DNA from: a bacterium
GTDB lineage: Bacteria > Bacteroidota > Bacteroidia > Bacteroidales > F082
DNA: 45,001 nucleotides
NCBI GenBank assembly: GCA_037382165.1
Contig: JARRQC010000006.1
Span: 1 to 45,001 of the forward strand
Direction of reading: 5' to 3'
The translations under genes were made by a program, and so were the position numbers. Positions 10,126 through 18,859 of the stretch are shown in pieces. How positions within the stretch are numbered: the stretch's first letter is position 1; each line of letters opens with the position of its first letter. The notes below the pieces were generated by a model. The model saw only the letters and a program-made list of their open reading frames with translations, was not told the DNA's origin and did no database searches.

Positions 10126-10839
10126 ATGACAGGTGCTGAGGATTTTCAGGAAGGTAAGTTGTTGCTGATCGATAAACCGCTGGATTGGACCTCTTTCGAT
10201 GTGGTCAACTTTATCCGGTCATTCCTGAAAAAGATATATGGTATCCGTAAGCTGAAGGTGGGACATGCCGGCACGCTTGATCCGCTTGCCACAGGATTAC
10301 TTGTCGTCTGCACCGGAAAGAAAACCAAAGAGATCGATAGGTACCAGGGTATGGATAAGATTTACACAGGAAGCATGGTCCTGGGGGCTACCACCCCGTC
10401 CTATGACCTGGAAACCGAAGTGGATGCCCGATACAACACATCACATATTGATGAGGCCCTTTTGAGAAATATTGCCCGGGAATTTATCGGGGAGATTGAA
10501 CAGGTTCCGCCTGCTTACTCAGCAGTTAAAATCCAGGGGGAACGCGCATTTAAACTGGCCAGAAAGAACAAGGAAATAAAGCTTAAATCAAGGAAAGTGA
10601 ACATCAGTCGATTTGAATTGTTAAGCATCGGAGACCTGAATGTCGATTTTCTTGTAGCGTGTAGCAAAGGGACTTACATTCGCTCTTTGGTTCATGATTT
10701 TGGCCAGCGAATCCACAGCGGCGCCTACCTCTCCTCACTTCGCAGGACAGGTATCGGACATTACCGGGTTGAAGATGCACAGTCTCTTGAGGATTTTAAA
10801 GCCAAAATATTGTCAGCAATATCCGGGGATGAGAAATAG
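10126..10839 (+). CDS. truB: tRNA pseudouridine(55) synthase
   Basis: Catalytic-Asp motif GHAGTLDPLATGLLVVC, plus PPAYSAVKIQGERAF. Confidence 0.9.
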   Translation: MTGAEDFQEGKLLLIDKPLDWTSFDVVNFIRSFLKKIYGIRKLKVGHAGTLDPLATGLLVVCTGKKTKEIDRYQGMDKIYTGSMVLGATTPSYDLETEVDARYNTSHIDEALLRNIAREFIGEIEQVPPAYSAVKIQGERAFKLARKNKEIKLKSRKVNISRFELLSIGDLNVDFLVACSKGTYIRSLVHDFGQRIHSGAYLSSLRRTGIGHYRVEDAQSLEDFKAKILSAISGDEK

Positions 10840-10882
10840 GCTTCGTAATCTCCTGATTTTCAAAATATATTACAGGACGTGC

Positions 10883-10913
10883 TTGACTTTTTAGTGAAAA
10901 AAATGTACTTTTG
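10883..10913 (+). promoter_or_regulatory. Candidate Bacteroidota promoter for queA (-33 TTG at 10883, -7 TACTTTTG at 10906-10913)
   Basis: TTGAC, then a 20-nt spacer, then TAnnTTTG, about 80 nt upstream of the queA ATG. Confidence 0.4.
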
Positions 10914-10991
10914 CACGCCCTTTTTAGGGGCGAAATTGTTAACCGTCACGGGACAATATCAAAAAATGATCACACCTGCTAAATCAATCAG

Positions 10992-12041
10992 ATGAAATTA
11001 TCACAATTCAAATTTGACCTTCCTGCATCGCTAATCGCTAACCATCCGCTGGATAACAGGGATGAGTCCAAGATGATGGTGGTGAACCGGAAAGACCGGA
11101 CTTTTGAACACCATACTTTTAAAGAGGTGCTGGAATATTTTTCAGAAGGGGATGTTATGGTCATCAATAATACCAAAGTCTTCCCCGCACGCCTGTATGG
11201 TGAAAAAGAAAAAACAGGGGCCAAGATAGAAGTCTTCCTGTTGCGGGAGTTGAATCCTGAAAGTCGGCTCTGGGATGTGCTGGTTGATCCGGCCCGCAAG
11301 ATCAGGATCGGTAACAAACTATATTTTGGAGAGGATGAAGCCCTGGTCGCCGAAGTGATCGATAATACCACATCCAGGGGCAGGACACTCAGGTTCTTGT
11401 TCGACGGCCCTTACGAAGAATTCAAAAAAACGATTCAAGCCCTGGGACAAACACCTTTGCCAAAAGTGCATCAGCGACCCATTGAACCGATTGATGACGA
11501 AAGGTATCAAACCATCTATGCCAAGCATGAGGGTGCCGTTGCAGCGCCGACAGCAGGTATGCACTTCTCACGGGAGATCATGAAGAAGCTGGAGATCAAG
11601 GGGGTTAATTTTGCTGAGATCACCCTGCATACTGGTCTTGGAAATTTCCGTGACATTGAGGTGGAAGACCTGACCAAGCATAAGGTCGATTCAGAAGAGA
11701 TGTTTATCGATGCCAAAACGGCCCGAAAGATCAATCAGTCGCTGGAACAGAAACATAAGGTATGTGCCGTGGGAACCACAAGCATGAAAGCCCTTGAGTC
11801 AGCCGTGTCAATCACAGGCAGGATAAAACCTTTCAGCGGCTGGACCAATAAATTCATCTTCCCCCCTTATGAATTCAAGACAGCTGATTCGATGATCACC
11901 AACTTCCACCTGCCAAAATCACCCATGTTCATGATGGTATCCGCCTTCCTGGGTTATGATTTTGCGAGGGAAGTTTATAAAGAAGCGATCAAGAAAAAAT
12001 ACCGTTTCTTTACTTACGGCGATGCGATGCTGATCATCTAA
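10992..12041 (+). CDS. queA: S-adenosylmethionine:tRNA ribosyltransferase-isomerase
   Basis: N-terminus [29 protein letters not shown] plus PTAGMHF and [10 protein letters not shown], all characteristic of QueA. Confidence 0.95.
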   Translation: MKLSQFKFDLPASLIANHPLDNRDESKMMVVNRKDRTFEHHTFKEVLEYFSEGDVMVINNTKVFPARLYGEKEKTGAKIEVFLLRELNPESRLWDVLVDPARKIRIGNKLYFGEDEALVAEVIDNTTSRGRTLRFLFDGPYEEFKKTIQALGQTPLPKVHQRPIEPIDDERYQTIYAKHEGAVAAPTAGMHFSREIMKKLEIKGVNFAEITLHTGLGNFRDIEVEDLTKHKVDSEEMFIDAKTARKINQSLEQKHKVCAVGTTSMKALESAVSITGRIKPFSGWTNKFIFPPYEFKTADSMITNFHLPKSPMFMMVSAFLGYDFAREVYKEAIKKKYRFFTYGDAMLII

Positions 12042-12048
12042 AATCCAG

Positions 12049-12077
12049 ACCCGGGGAATGCGCTCCGGGTTTTTTTA
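12049..12077 (+). terminator. Rho-independent terminator of queA
   Basis: 8-bp stem (12049-12056 / 12063-12070, one G-U pair), 6-nt loop, then a run of T residues. Confidence 0.7.
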
Positions 12078-12096
12078 TACCTACTTTTACACCTGC

Positions 12097-12774
12097 ATGG
12101 AAAAGTATCTTCTCATGGCAGCCGGAGGAATGGGTAAACGAATGGGCGCGGAAATGCCCAAACAATTCATTCCGCTGAACGGGATACCCCTGCTGATACA
12201 CACGCTCCGTTCTTTCAATTTTATGGAAAACCTGCAACTTGTTTTGGTACTTCCCGAATCCCTTCAGGAAGAATGGAATAAACTATGTAATTTACACGAA
12301 TACAAGGTTCCGCATCAAATTGCACCGGCTGGTCCTACCAGGTATCACTCTGTTAAAAGCGGTTTAAACCTGGTGCCTGACGGACATCTGGTTGCCATTC
12401 ATGACGGGGTCAGACCCTTTGCTTCCCAGGAGACGGTCAGACGTTGTTTCAAACTGGCTGAAAGCCGGGGTAATGCCATTCCGGTTGTTCCGGTAGGCGA
12501 ATCGGTCAGGATATACAGACAAACCTCAAATCAATCCATCAACAGGCAAAACCTGGTTTGGGTTCAAACGCCACAGGTATTCCATTCCACTTTGATCAGG
12601 AAAGCCTACCGGCAGCCTTATGATGAGCATTTTACAGATGATGCCAGCGTAGTTGAAAAACTAGGTGAAACCATCTACCTTACCGAAGGTAACCGTGAAA
12701 ACATCAAGATCACAGACCATTTTGATCTTATGACCGCCGAAAATTTTATCATTCAAAAAGCGCGACAAGATTAA
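12097..12774 (+). CDS. ispD: 2-C-methyl-D-erythritol 4-phosphate cytidylyltransferase
   Basis: LLMAAGGMGKRMGAEMPKQFIPLNG is the IspD P-loop-like motif, and VAIHDGVRPF is also present. ATG at 12097 is chosen because the track start at 12058 lies inside the queA terminator. Confidence 0.9.
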   Translation: MEKYLLMAAGGMGKRMGAEMPKQFIPLNGIPLLIHTLRSFNFMENLQLVLVLPESLQEEWNKLCNLHEYKVPHQIAPAGPTRYHSVKSGLNLVPDGHLVAIHDGVRPFASQETVRRCFKLAESRGNAIPVVPVGESVRIYRQTSNQSINRQNLVWVQTPQVFHSTLIRKAYRQPYDEHFTDDASVVEKLGETIYLTEGNRENIKITDHFDLMTAENFIIQKARQD

Positions 12775-12791
12775 AGACGCGAAGGATTACC

Positions 12792-13838
12792 TTAAGCCCT
12801 TTCGCCCTTTCCATTCATATCGGAAAAAAACATGAATGCATACATTATCGGCAGGTCTATCATTATTTTAAGAAACAGGAAAAGCCCGTATAGCGTAAAA
12901 TACCATGGTGAAAAGAATCCATTAACGAATTCCAGCACGATGAAGGTATTGAAGAAAGTGACCACCAGGGGTACAACAACAGACCACCCGGAGCGGTCGC
13001 CTTTCGCCTTTGATGCCCAACGCAGCCGCTGTGAAAGGAACTCCCCGGGAAACCGGGGGGGCATCGTACGAACAATCACCCCGGTATGCTTGATGAAGTG
13101 AATTGCACCACTGCCAAATTGCTTTGTCATCTGATGGATCAGGAAAACGTCATCACCGGAAGCAAAACCCTTACCCTGCATCGATGATTCAATCTCCAGA
13201 AAAGCTTTCCGGGGGAAAGCCATGTTGGCACCATTACCCATCAGCGGCAATTTAGCCCCGATAGAACCGGCACCGGAAGCTACCAGGCTGAGAAAATCAA
13301 GTGAAAACAGCTTTTGAAGCCACCCTTTTTCCTTGTGATAGATCACCGGACCAATGATCAACCCGGGTTTATGGTCAAGGTAGTAGGATACCATCAGTTT
13401 CAACCAGTCCGGAGGAAGCACGCAGTCGCCGTCGGTAGTTAAAATAAGCTGGCCGGTAGCCAGTTTGACACCGTGGGTAATGGCGGCCTTCTTCCCTATC
13501 CCTTTGGGTTTGGAAAGAATAATATTATCAAGCCTGTTTTGTTTCCTGAACTGCCCGATCAACTGCCGTGTATTGTCTTCCGAATGGTCATCCACAATGA
13601 TCACCTCGATAAGATGCCGGGCATAACTTTGTTTGTGAAGGCTTTCCAGCAGGGGAATGATATTACGCTCCTCGTTCCGGACTGCGATGATAACACTGAC
13701 TTCAATGCCTGGATGCAATACGTCCAAAACATAGTTGTCAATCCGGAACCAGCCCTTTGTCATGATGCTTAAAATCGCCAGGTAAGCGAGCGCGGAAAGC
13801 GAAAGCAAGCCAGTGACTATATTAAACCCTATCTCCAT
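12792..13838 (-). CDS. Family 2 glycosyltransferase with TM segments
   Basis: VSVIIAVRNEERNIIPLLESL, DDHSEDNT and TDGDC are the GT2 DxD region. RLRWA is QxxRW-like. It overlaps the upstream flippase-like gene by 17 nt. Confidence 0.8.
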   Translation of the reverse strand: MEIGFNIVTGLLSLSALAYLAILSIMTKGWFRIDNYVLDVLHPGIEVSVIIAVRNEERNIIPLLESLHKQSYARHLIEVIIVDDHSEDNTRQLIGQFRKQNRLDNIILSKPKGIGKKAAITHGVKLATGQLILTTDGDCVLPPDWLKLMVSYYLDHKPGLIIGPVIYHKEKGWLQKLFSLDFLSLVASGAGSIGAKLPLMGNGANMAFPRKAFLEIESSMQGKGFASGDDVFLIHQMTKQFGSGAIHFIKHTGVIVRTMPPRFPGEFLSQRLRWASKAKGDRSGWSVVVPLVVTFFNTFIVLEFVNGFFSPWYFTLYGLFLFLKIMIDLPIMYAFMFFSDMNGKGERA

Positions 13839-14847
13839 TGATCTTTCTGAAAAACCGTAAACTATAGACTAACATTAAACCCAGTAAAGCCGGAAAGGCA
13901 AGGTTAATTATCCAAAGCATTCCCGAGGCGCTGAAAACAGCCAACGGGATATCATCCGTCCAGGTGATGATGGGCTTCAGATACATGGCGAAGATAAACA
14001 TGCTTACCGATCCCCTTACGCCCAGTTCACTAAGGGCAATCGTAGGAATGACCGTCATGGCAAGGTAGACCAGCCCGATAAGCATGACCGCCGTGAAATA
14101 GGGTAGGGATAATCCAAAAGCCAACAGCAGCAGATAAAACTGAAATGAAAAAACAACATACCTCATTATGCTGATAAGCAGAACTTTCAGTAAATCGGAC
14201 AGGGAGTACCAGGAAAAAACCATGGCATATTTTTCTACTTTTTCATAAAACCTTCCGCTGATTCGGCGGATGACATCGGAAAAAGAAGCAAAACTCAGGA
14301 AAGTGAGTACCAATAGAAGCATCAGGACCAGGGAGACAATGATCAGACCGACATAAATCCAGACGCTAAGCTTATCGGGAAACCCATAATAGGCAGGAAA
14401 GAACATGTTCACGGCAAGGAGGCCGAACAGTACGGTGGTGATCAATTGTGCCAGACTGCCAATGATCGTTGACAATACCGCCTGCAGGCGGTCAGCCTTT
14501 TCCAGCACAAATACCCTCCCTAAGTAATCCCCCACCCGGTTGGGCAGGATCATACTGACTGAAATGCCGGTTAGCACTGCTTTGGTGGCATTCCACCAAC
14601 TGATATCCTCCAGTTTGGTGATCAGGATCTTCCACTTGTAGACTTCAAGCATCAGGTTGACCGGCAAAAGAAAGAGCACCAGCAGAAACGGGAAGAGGAA
14701 ATCAGTACTCCAGACCAACCCGGGGAAAAAATCGAGGATGGTTTGCAGGTCCCTGCGATGGAGAGTTACGGTTTGATCCGTCAGCAGGGCAGCAAGATCA
14801 GCCTGGTGACCATGGGTATATTGAAACTGGGGAAATACAAAGACCAC
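13822..14847 (-). CDS. Flippase-like / lysylphosphatidylglycerol-synthase-TM-region family membrane protein; the 5' end appears truncated
   Basis: Polytopic protein with [15 protein letters not shown], typical of the family. The first 30 or so codons of the ORF are merely antisense to ruvC, and the expected first TM helix is absent. Confidence 0.55.
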   Translation of the reverse strand: MVFVFPQFQYTHGHQADLAALLTDQTVTLHRRDLQTILDFFPGLVWSTDFLFPFLLVLFLLPVNLMLEVYKWKILITKLEDISWWNATKAVLTGISVSMILPNRVGDYLGRVFVLEKADRLQAVLSTIIGSLAQLITTVLFGLLAVNMFFPAYYGFPDKLSVWIYVGLIIVSLVLMLLLVLTFLSFASFSDVIRRISGRFYEKVEKYAMVFSWYSLSDLLKVLLISIMRYVVFSFQFYLLLLAFGLSLPYFTAVMLIGLVYLAMTVIPTIALSELGVRGSVSMFIFAMYLKPIITWTDDIPLAVFSASGMLWIINLAFPALLGLMLVYSLRFFRKINGDRV

Positions 14848-15264
14848 GCGCTAAAATTAAGAAAGATTTTTGAACGCGTTCTTCAACTGATCGAGGAATA
14901 CAACCCGGATGAATTGGCCATTGAAGCCCCTTTTTACGGAAAAAATGTACAGTCGATGCTGAAATTGGGAAGGGCACAGGGAGTAGCCATGGCCGCCGCC
15001 CTTTCAAGGGATGTTCCCATATTCGAATATTCACCGAAAAAGATCAAGCAATCCATCACCGGAAACGGGAATGCTTCCAAAGAACAAGTTGCGGGAATGC
15101 TCGCCAACCTGGTACAACTCGATGAAAAACCTGAATTTCTGGATGCGACCGATGGTTTGGCAGCCGCGGTTTGTCACTATTTTCAGCAAGGCAGCCCCAA
15201 AATAGGGAAAACCTATTCGGGATGGAAAAGTTTTATACAGAACAATCCTGACAGGGTGGATTAA
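14743..15264 (+). CDS. ruvC: Crossover junction endodeoxyribonuclease RuvC, lacking the N-terminal catalytic-Asp strand (possible pseudogene or assembly junction)
   Basis: [32 protein letters not shown]...[12 protein letters not shown]...[12 protein letters not shown] is strongly RuvC-like. Homology begins only at about 14758 (ESYGLI). No ILGIDPG motif is present in any frame upstream. Confidence 0.7.
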   Translation: MQVPAMESYGLIRQQGSKISLVTMGILKLGKYKDHALKLRKIFERVLQLIEEYNPDELAIEAPFYGKNVQSMLKLGRAQGVAMAAALSRDVPIFEYSPKKIKQSITGNGNASKEQVAGMLANLVQLDEKPEFLDATDGLAAAVCHYFQQGSPKIGKTYSGWKSFIQNNPDRVD

Positions 15265-15412
15265 CCCACTTCAAAAAAAGCCATCGAAAACCAGACCGAT
15301 TTTTTATACTATCCATCTTAAAAGCTCATATTAAGATTGATTCAAAACAAATTCCCGGAGTGTTCAGCATGCCAAATAATCTTAATTTTACGCCAGAAAT
15401 AATGCTGCTGAT

Positions 15413-15940
15413 ATGAAAAAAGTAGTCCTGCTTTTCTGGGGGACAGGTGGTAACGTTGAACGGGCTGCCAAAAAGGTCTATAAAATGTTCGATCCCTCCC
15501 TCATCGATATTTATGATGTTGCCAGTTTTGATACCTCAACCATCAGAAATTATGACCTGATCATTCTCGGAGGTGCGACGGTCGGTGCTGAAACCTGGAA
15601 AGATGTGACGGACGACAATGAGTGGAACCGTTTTTTCAGGGCCGTGGAACATATGGATCTGTCAGATAAATATTGTGCCTTCTTTGGTTTAGGGGACCAG
15701 GTGCTGTATCCCGATCACTTTGTGGATGCCCTGGGGATATTTAAAGAGGAGATGGCCCAAACCCATGTGAAGATCATCGGCGAATGGCCCATTGAAGGAT
15801 ACCGCTTCACGGATTCCGACGGATATGACGGCAAGATGTTCTATGGACTTGCCCTTGATGAGGACAGGCAGGAAGAACTGACGGAAAGTCGTGCGCGCAA
15901 ATGGACCGATCAATTGAAAAACATTGTTGGAATAGACTGA
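15413..15940 (+). CDS. Long-chain flavodoxin
   Basis: 175 aa. FMN-loop-like FWGTGGNVERAA, then LIILGGATVG, FFGLGDQ and YGLALDEDRQ. Confidence 0.8.
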   Translation: MKKVVLLFWGTGGNVERAAKKVYKMFDPSLIDIYDVASFDTSTIRNYDLIILGGATVGAETWKDVTDDNEWNRFFRAVEHMDLSDKYCAFFGLGDQVLYPDHFVDALGIFKEEMAQTHVKIIGEWPIEGYRFTDSDGYDGKMFYGLALDEDRQEELTESRARKWTDQLKNIVGID

Positions 15941-15952
15941 TATTCCCTTTTT

Positions 15953-16387
15953 TCAAATTTCAGGAAACTTTCTCTTGGTAAGGTAATGCATACCTTCGAA
16001 AGGGATATAACCCATCTTTTGAAATACTTCCAGTGATTCCCGGTTATATCCCTCGATCTGACAGGCATAAATCCCTATACCCTCCCTGTCCAGCCAATCT
16101 TCCGCAAAATTGATCAGCTGCCGTGCCACACCTTTTTTCCGGAATTCAGGCACCACAGCAACACGGTTGATCCATCCTTTTCTCCCATCATGGGTAACCA
16201 GCAAGGCCCCCACATAATTTCCCCCGTATTCCGCAAAAAGAAACTGGTTGCAATCTTTTTGAACCTCTGCCTCGATACTCGACCTGCTATCGCGACCTTT
16301 GGGCTTGTAGAGCAATCCGGATCTGTCCCAGATATCGATCAAGGCCTCATAATCTCCACTCCGGTAGTGTACAATGTTTATCTTCAT
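15953..16387 (-). CDS. GNAT family N-acetyltransferase
   Basis: The acetyl-CoA motif RVAVVPEFRKKGVARQLI matches Q/RxxGxG/A. ATG at 16387 (MKINIVHY) avoids overlap with the upstream reductase. Confidence 0.75.
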   Translation of the reverse strand: MKINIVHYRSGDYEALIDIWDRSGLLYKPKGRDSRSSIEAEVQKDCNQFLFAEYGGNYVGALLVTHDGRKGWINRVAVVPEFRKKGVARQLINFAEDWLDREGIGIYACQIEGYNRESLEVFQKMGYIPFEGMHYLTKRKFPEI

Positions 16388-16397
16388 TCTGAAAGGC

Positions 16398-17300
16398 TTA
16401 AGGTAGAGGTTCGCCCATGGAGGCGACATATATCCGGTACCACTGCTCCCTGGTCAGCTTGATCTGCAAAGCATCCACGGCATCTTTCACCCTTTCTATA
16501 CGACCTGACCCAACAATTGGAATGATGCCTGCCGGATGATAAAGTATCCAGGCATAGATCAGAGGGGATATATCATCCAGGGTACACTCCTCCGCGATCT
16601 CCCAAAGTACACCGGCTACCCGCTTCCCCTTTTCATCTGAAGGGTTAAACAACCGGCCTTGTGCAACCGGTGACCATGCCATAGGGTGTATCCTTTCGCG
16701 CATAAAGAAATCCATATTGCCATTTTGAAAGGATTCGAGACAATAGGGTGAATATTCCACCTGGTTGGTCACCAGCTTTCTTGCAAAATGTTTGTTCAGG
16801 GCATCATATTGCAGGGGATTAAAATTGGAAACCCCAAAATTCAACACCTTGCCCGAACTTCTCAGCTGGAAAAAAGCACGGGCAATCTCAGCGAAATCCA
16901 TCAGGGGATCGGGGCGGTGTATCAACAGCAGGTCTATCTGTTCCGTGTGCAGATTCCGCAAGGATTGCTCCGCACTGGCAACAATATGATCATAGCTTGT
17001 ATCATAATGATTCACTCCGGTGCCCGGAAATTTATCAGACCTGAGCTTGATTCCACATTTGGTCACCAGCTGCATCTTATCACGCAATCCGGGATGGTGT
17101 TTCAGCACCTTTCCAAATTCAGCTTCACAGCTATAATCGCCGTATATATCAGCATGATCGAAGGTAGTGATGCCCATTTCCAATAACGAATGGATGAATT
17201 TCTCCAGTGTGGACAGTGACATATTCCAATCCATCAGGCGCCAGAATCCGGCAGCGATCCGGGAAAAGGACAGTGTCTCTGATAATCTTATTCTTTCCAT
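16398..17300 (-). CDS. Aldo/keto reductase (YdhF-like oxidoreductase)
   Basis: The AKR pattern DHADIYG...LVTKCG...LLIHRPDP is present. 300 aa. Confidence 0.85.
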   Translation of the reverse strand: MERIRLSETLSFSRIAAGFWRLMDWNMSLSTLEKFIHSLLEMGITTFDHADIYGDYSCEAEFGKVLKHHPGLRDKMQLVTKCGIKLRSDKFPGTGVNHYDTSYDHIVASAEQSLRNLHTEQIDLLLIHRPDPLMDFAEIARAFFQLRSSGKVLNFGVSNFNPLQYDALNKHFARKLVTNQVEYSPYCLESFQNGNMDFFMRERIHPMAWSPVAQGRLFNPSDEKGKRVAGVLWEIAEECTLDDISPLIYAWILYHPAGIIPIVGSGRIERVKDAVDALQIKLTREQWYRIYVASMGEPLP

Positions 17301-17330
17301 AAAAATGCCTTCTGAAATATCCCGCTTAAG

Positions 17331-17347
17331 ATAAGGAATTTCCTTAT
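17331..17347. promoter_or_regulatory. Perfect 7-3-7 palindrome ATAAGGAatTTCCTTAT in the divergent gap between the reductase and the first orphan gene
   Basis: ATAAGGA (17331-17337) and TCCTTAT (17341-17347) are exact reverse complements, 31-47 nt upstream of the reductase ATG. This is a possible operator; no cognate factor is known. Confidence 0.3.
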
Positions 17348-17470
17348 TTCAACGGCCTGTGAAAGCGCATCACTGAAAACCACCATTTTAATTAAATGCT
17401 AAATTACTGTGATACCTAATAGAATAGAATAAGTTTCTTTTGTAAAGTCCATCATCAGGAAAGAAAAAAG

Positions 17471-17809
17471 GTGAAAGATGCGGTTTTTGTACAATATGTA
17501 ACAGATGTTCAGGTTTCTGCCCACAATACAGAAGGAAGCCGCTTATTACTCGTTCAGGCGAAAGGTATTTCCGATAACGAAGTGCCGGGTATTCCTTCAC
17601 TTATTTGCCCTGTGGAAAAAGAAGAAAGCGATCCTGAAATAATGGAATTTGATTTTGTCATACACAACATGGAAAATACAGCCAGGGAACATCACCTGGA
17701 GTGGGAAGTTAAGGAAGTCATTTTGATGGATGATAACCATGCTAATATCCATGCTGTCAAGGTCAGGGCTGCAAATAATGCGGATATCGCACTGGTCAAA
17801 TCAGGTTAA
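17471..17809 (+). CDS. Orphan 112-aa protein (P1), paralogue of 18503-18826
   Basis: Only a GTG start is available in this frame. No signal peptide or TM helix. It shares ordered blocks with P2 (MEFDFVIHN / VELAFHIID; IHAVKVRAANN / AHKVKVSAYEN). Confidence 0.45.
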   Translation: MKDAVFVQYVTDVQVSAHNTEGSRLLLVQAKGISDNEVPGIPSLICPVEKEESDPEIMEFDFVIHNMENTAREHHLEWEVKEVILMDDNHANIHAVKVRAANNADIALVKSG

Positions 17810-17858
17810 ATTCTTCTTGACAAGAAAGGAAAAAATATGTATCTTGTAGACTTTCAGA

Positions 17859-18485
17859 ATGATACGCCTAATTGTAACAGATGACCATCCCGTCATTCGA
17901 AATGGTATCAAGGCCATACTTGAATCAGTGAATGACATCCAGATCGTTGCTGAGGTCAGCGACGGCGAAGAACTTATGCAGTTATTGGAAAGCACCGAGG
18001 CTGACATTATCCTGATGGACATCAACATGCCGAACATGAACGGCATAGAAGCCACGAAAATCGTCAACGAGAAATACCCGCATATCAAGGTGATCACCTT
18101 TTCACAATATGACGAGAAACGCTTTGTCAAACAAGCCGTAAAAAGCGGGGCTTCCGGTTATATGCTGAAAAACACGCCTGCGGACGAGTTTACTGCAGCC
18201 ATCCGGATGGTACACCAGGGAGGCATGTATTTCAGTCCGGCTTTACCTAATGTATTCGGCGAAAAACCCAAACCGCGCAGCAACTATCTCTTCCCGGATC
18301 TGACCGCCAGGGAGAAGGAGGTACTGGCGCTGATCTGCCGGGAAAAGAATACGCAGGAAATTGCCGATGAATTGTTCATCAGCTACAATACGGTGGAATC
18401 GCACAGGGCCAACCTGCTGCTTAAGGTTGGGGTCAAAAATACCGCCGGCCTGGTGAAATGGGCCATTGAAAATGAGATTCTTTAA
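17859..18485 (+). CDS. NarL/FixJ-family response regulator (receiver domain + LuxR-type HTH)
   Basis: Receiver residues: VTDDHP, ILMDINMP and the conserved Lys region. C-terminal LTAREKEVLALICREKNTQEIADELFISYNTVESHRANLLLKVG. Confidence 0.9.
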   Translation: MIRLIVTDDHPVIRNGIKAILESVNDIQIVAEVSDGEELMQLLESTEADIILMDINMPNMNGIEATKIVNEKYPHIKVITFSQYDEKRFVKQAVKSGASGYMLKNTPADEFTAAIRMVHQGGMYFSPALPNVFGEKPKPRSNYLFPDLTAREKEVLALICREKNTQEIADELFISYNTVESHRANLLLKVGVKNTAGLVKWAIENEIL

Positions 18486-18502
18486 CCTAAATAAACAATA
18501 CT

Positions 18503-18826
18503 ATGGGAACCAATGTATCAATCCTCAGCCTTGCCGTTGAATCACCGGAATCAAAACATATCTGGGTGTTGACCAACTGGCAGCTGGATGCAGGAAAAAT
18601 AGCGGTCATTAAAAAGAGGACCGATGACCTGAGTGGTAATTTTGTTGAACTGGCATTTCATATTATAGATGGCACTGACCAGAACCTGAAAATACTGACC
18701 AGGGCGGACCTGCAAAATCCGGTCAGTGCGCTTGATCCGGCGCATAAAGTTAAGGTGAGCGCCTATGAAAATGAGCAGTTACTGATGACAACCGAGATGG
18801 ATACAGGCAATGCACATCATAATTAA
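18503..18826 (+). CDS. Orphan 107-aa protein (P2) encoded between the response regulator and the kinase
   Basis: ATG start 17 nt after the RR stop; its stop lies 33 nt before the kinase start. No signal peptide or TM helix. Paralogous to P1 by eye. Confidence 0.55.
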   Translation: MGTNVSILSLAVESPESKHIWVLTNWQLDAGKIAVIKKRTDDLSGNFVELAFHIIDGTDQNLKILTRADLQNPVSALDPAHKVKVSAYENEQLLMTTEMDTGNAHHN

Positions 18827-18859
18827 GGCCTGTATCAATTTGTTTATAATATTTGAACC

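Noticed and set aside
10914-10991. Possible preQ1 riboswitch in the queA leader (hairpin CGCCC-ttttta-GGGGCG followed by an A-rich stretch).
   Set aside because: The loop is too short and lacks the conserved preQ1-I loop nucleotides and the AAAAAACUA tail. queA is also not a usual preQ1-riboswitch target.
12058-12096. Upstream start for ispD given by the ORF track (MRSGFFYTYFYTC...).
   Set aside because: The extension is translated from the queA terminator stem and T-run. The conserved IspD N-terminus begins at the ATG at 12097.
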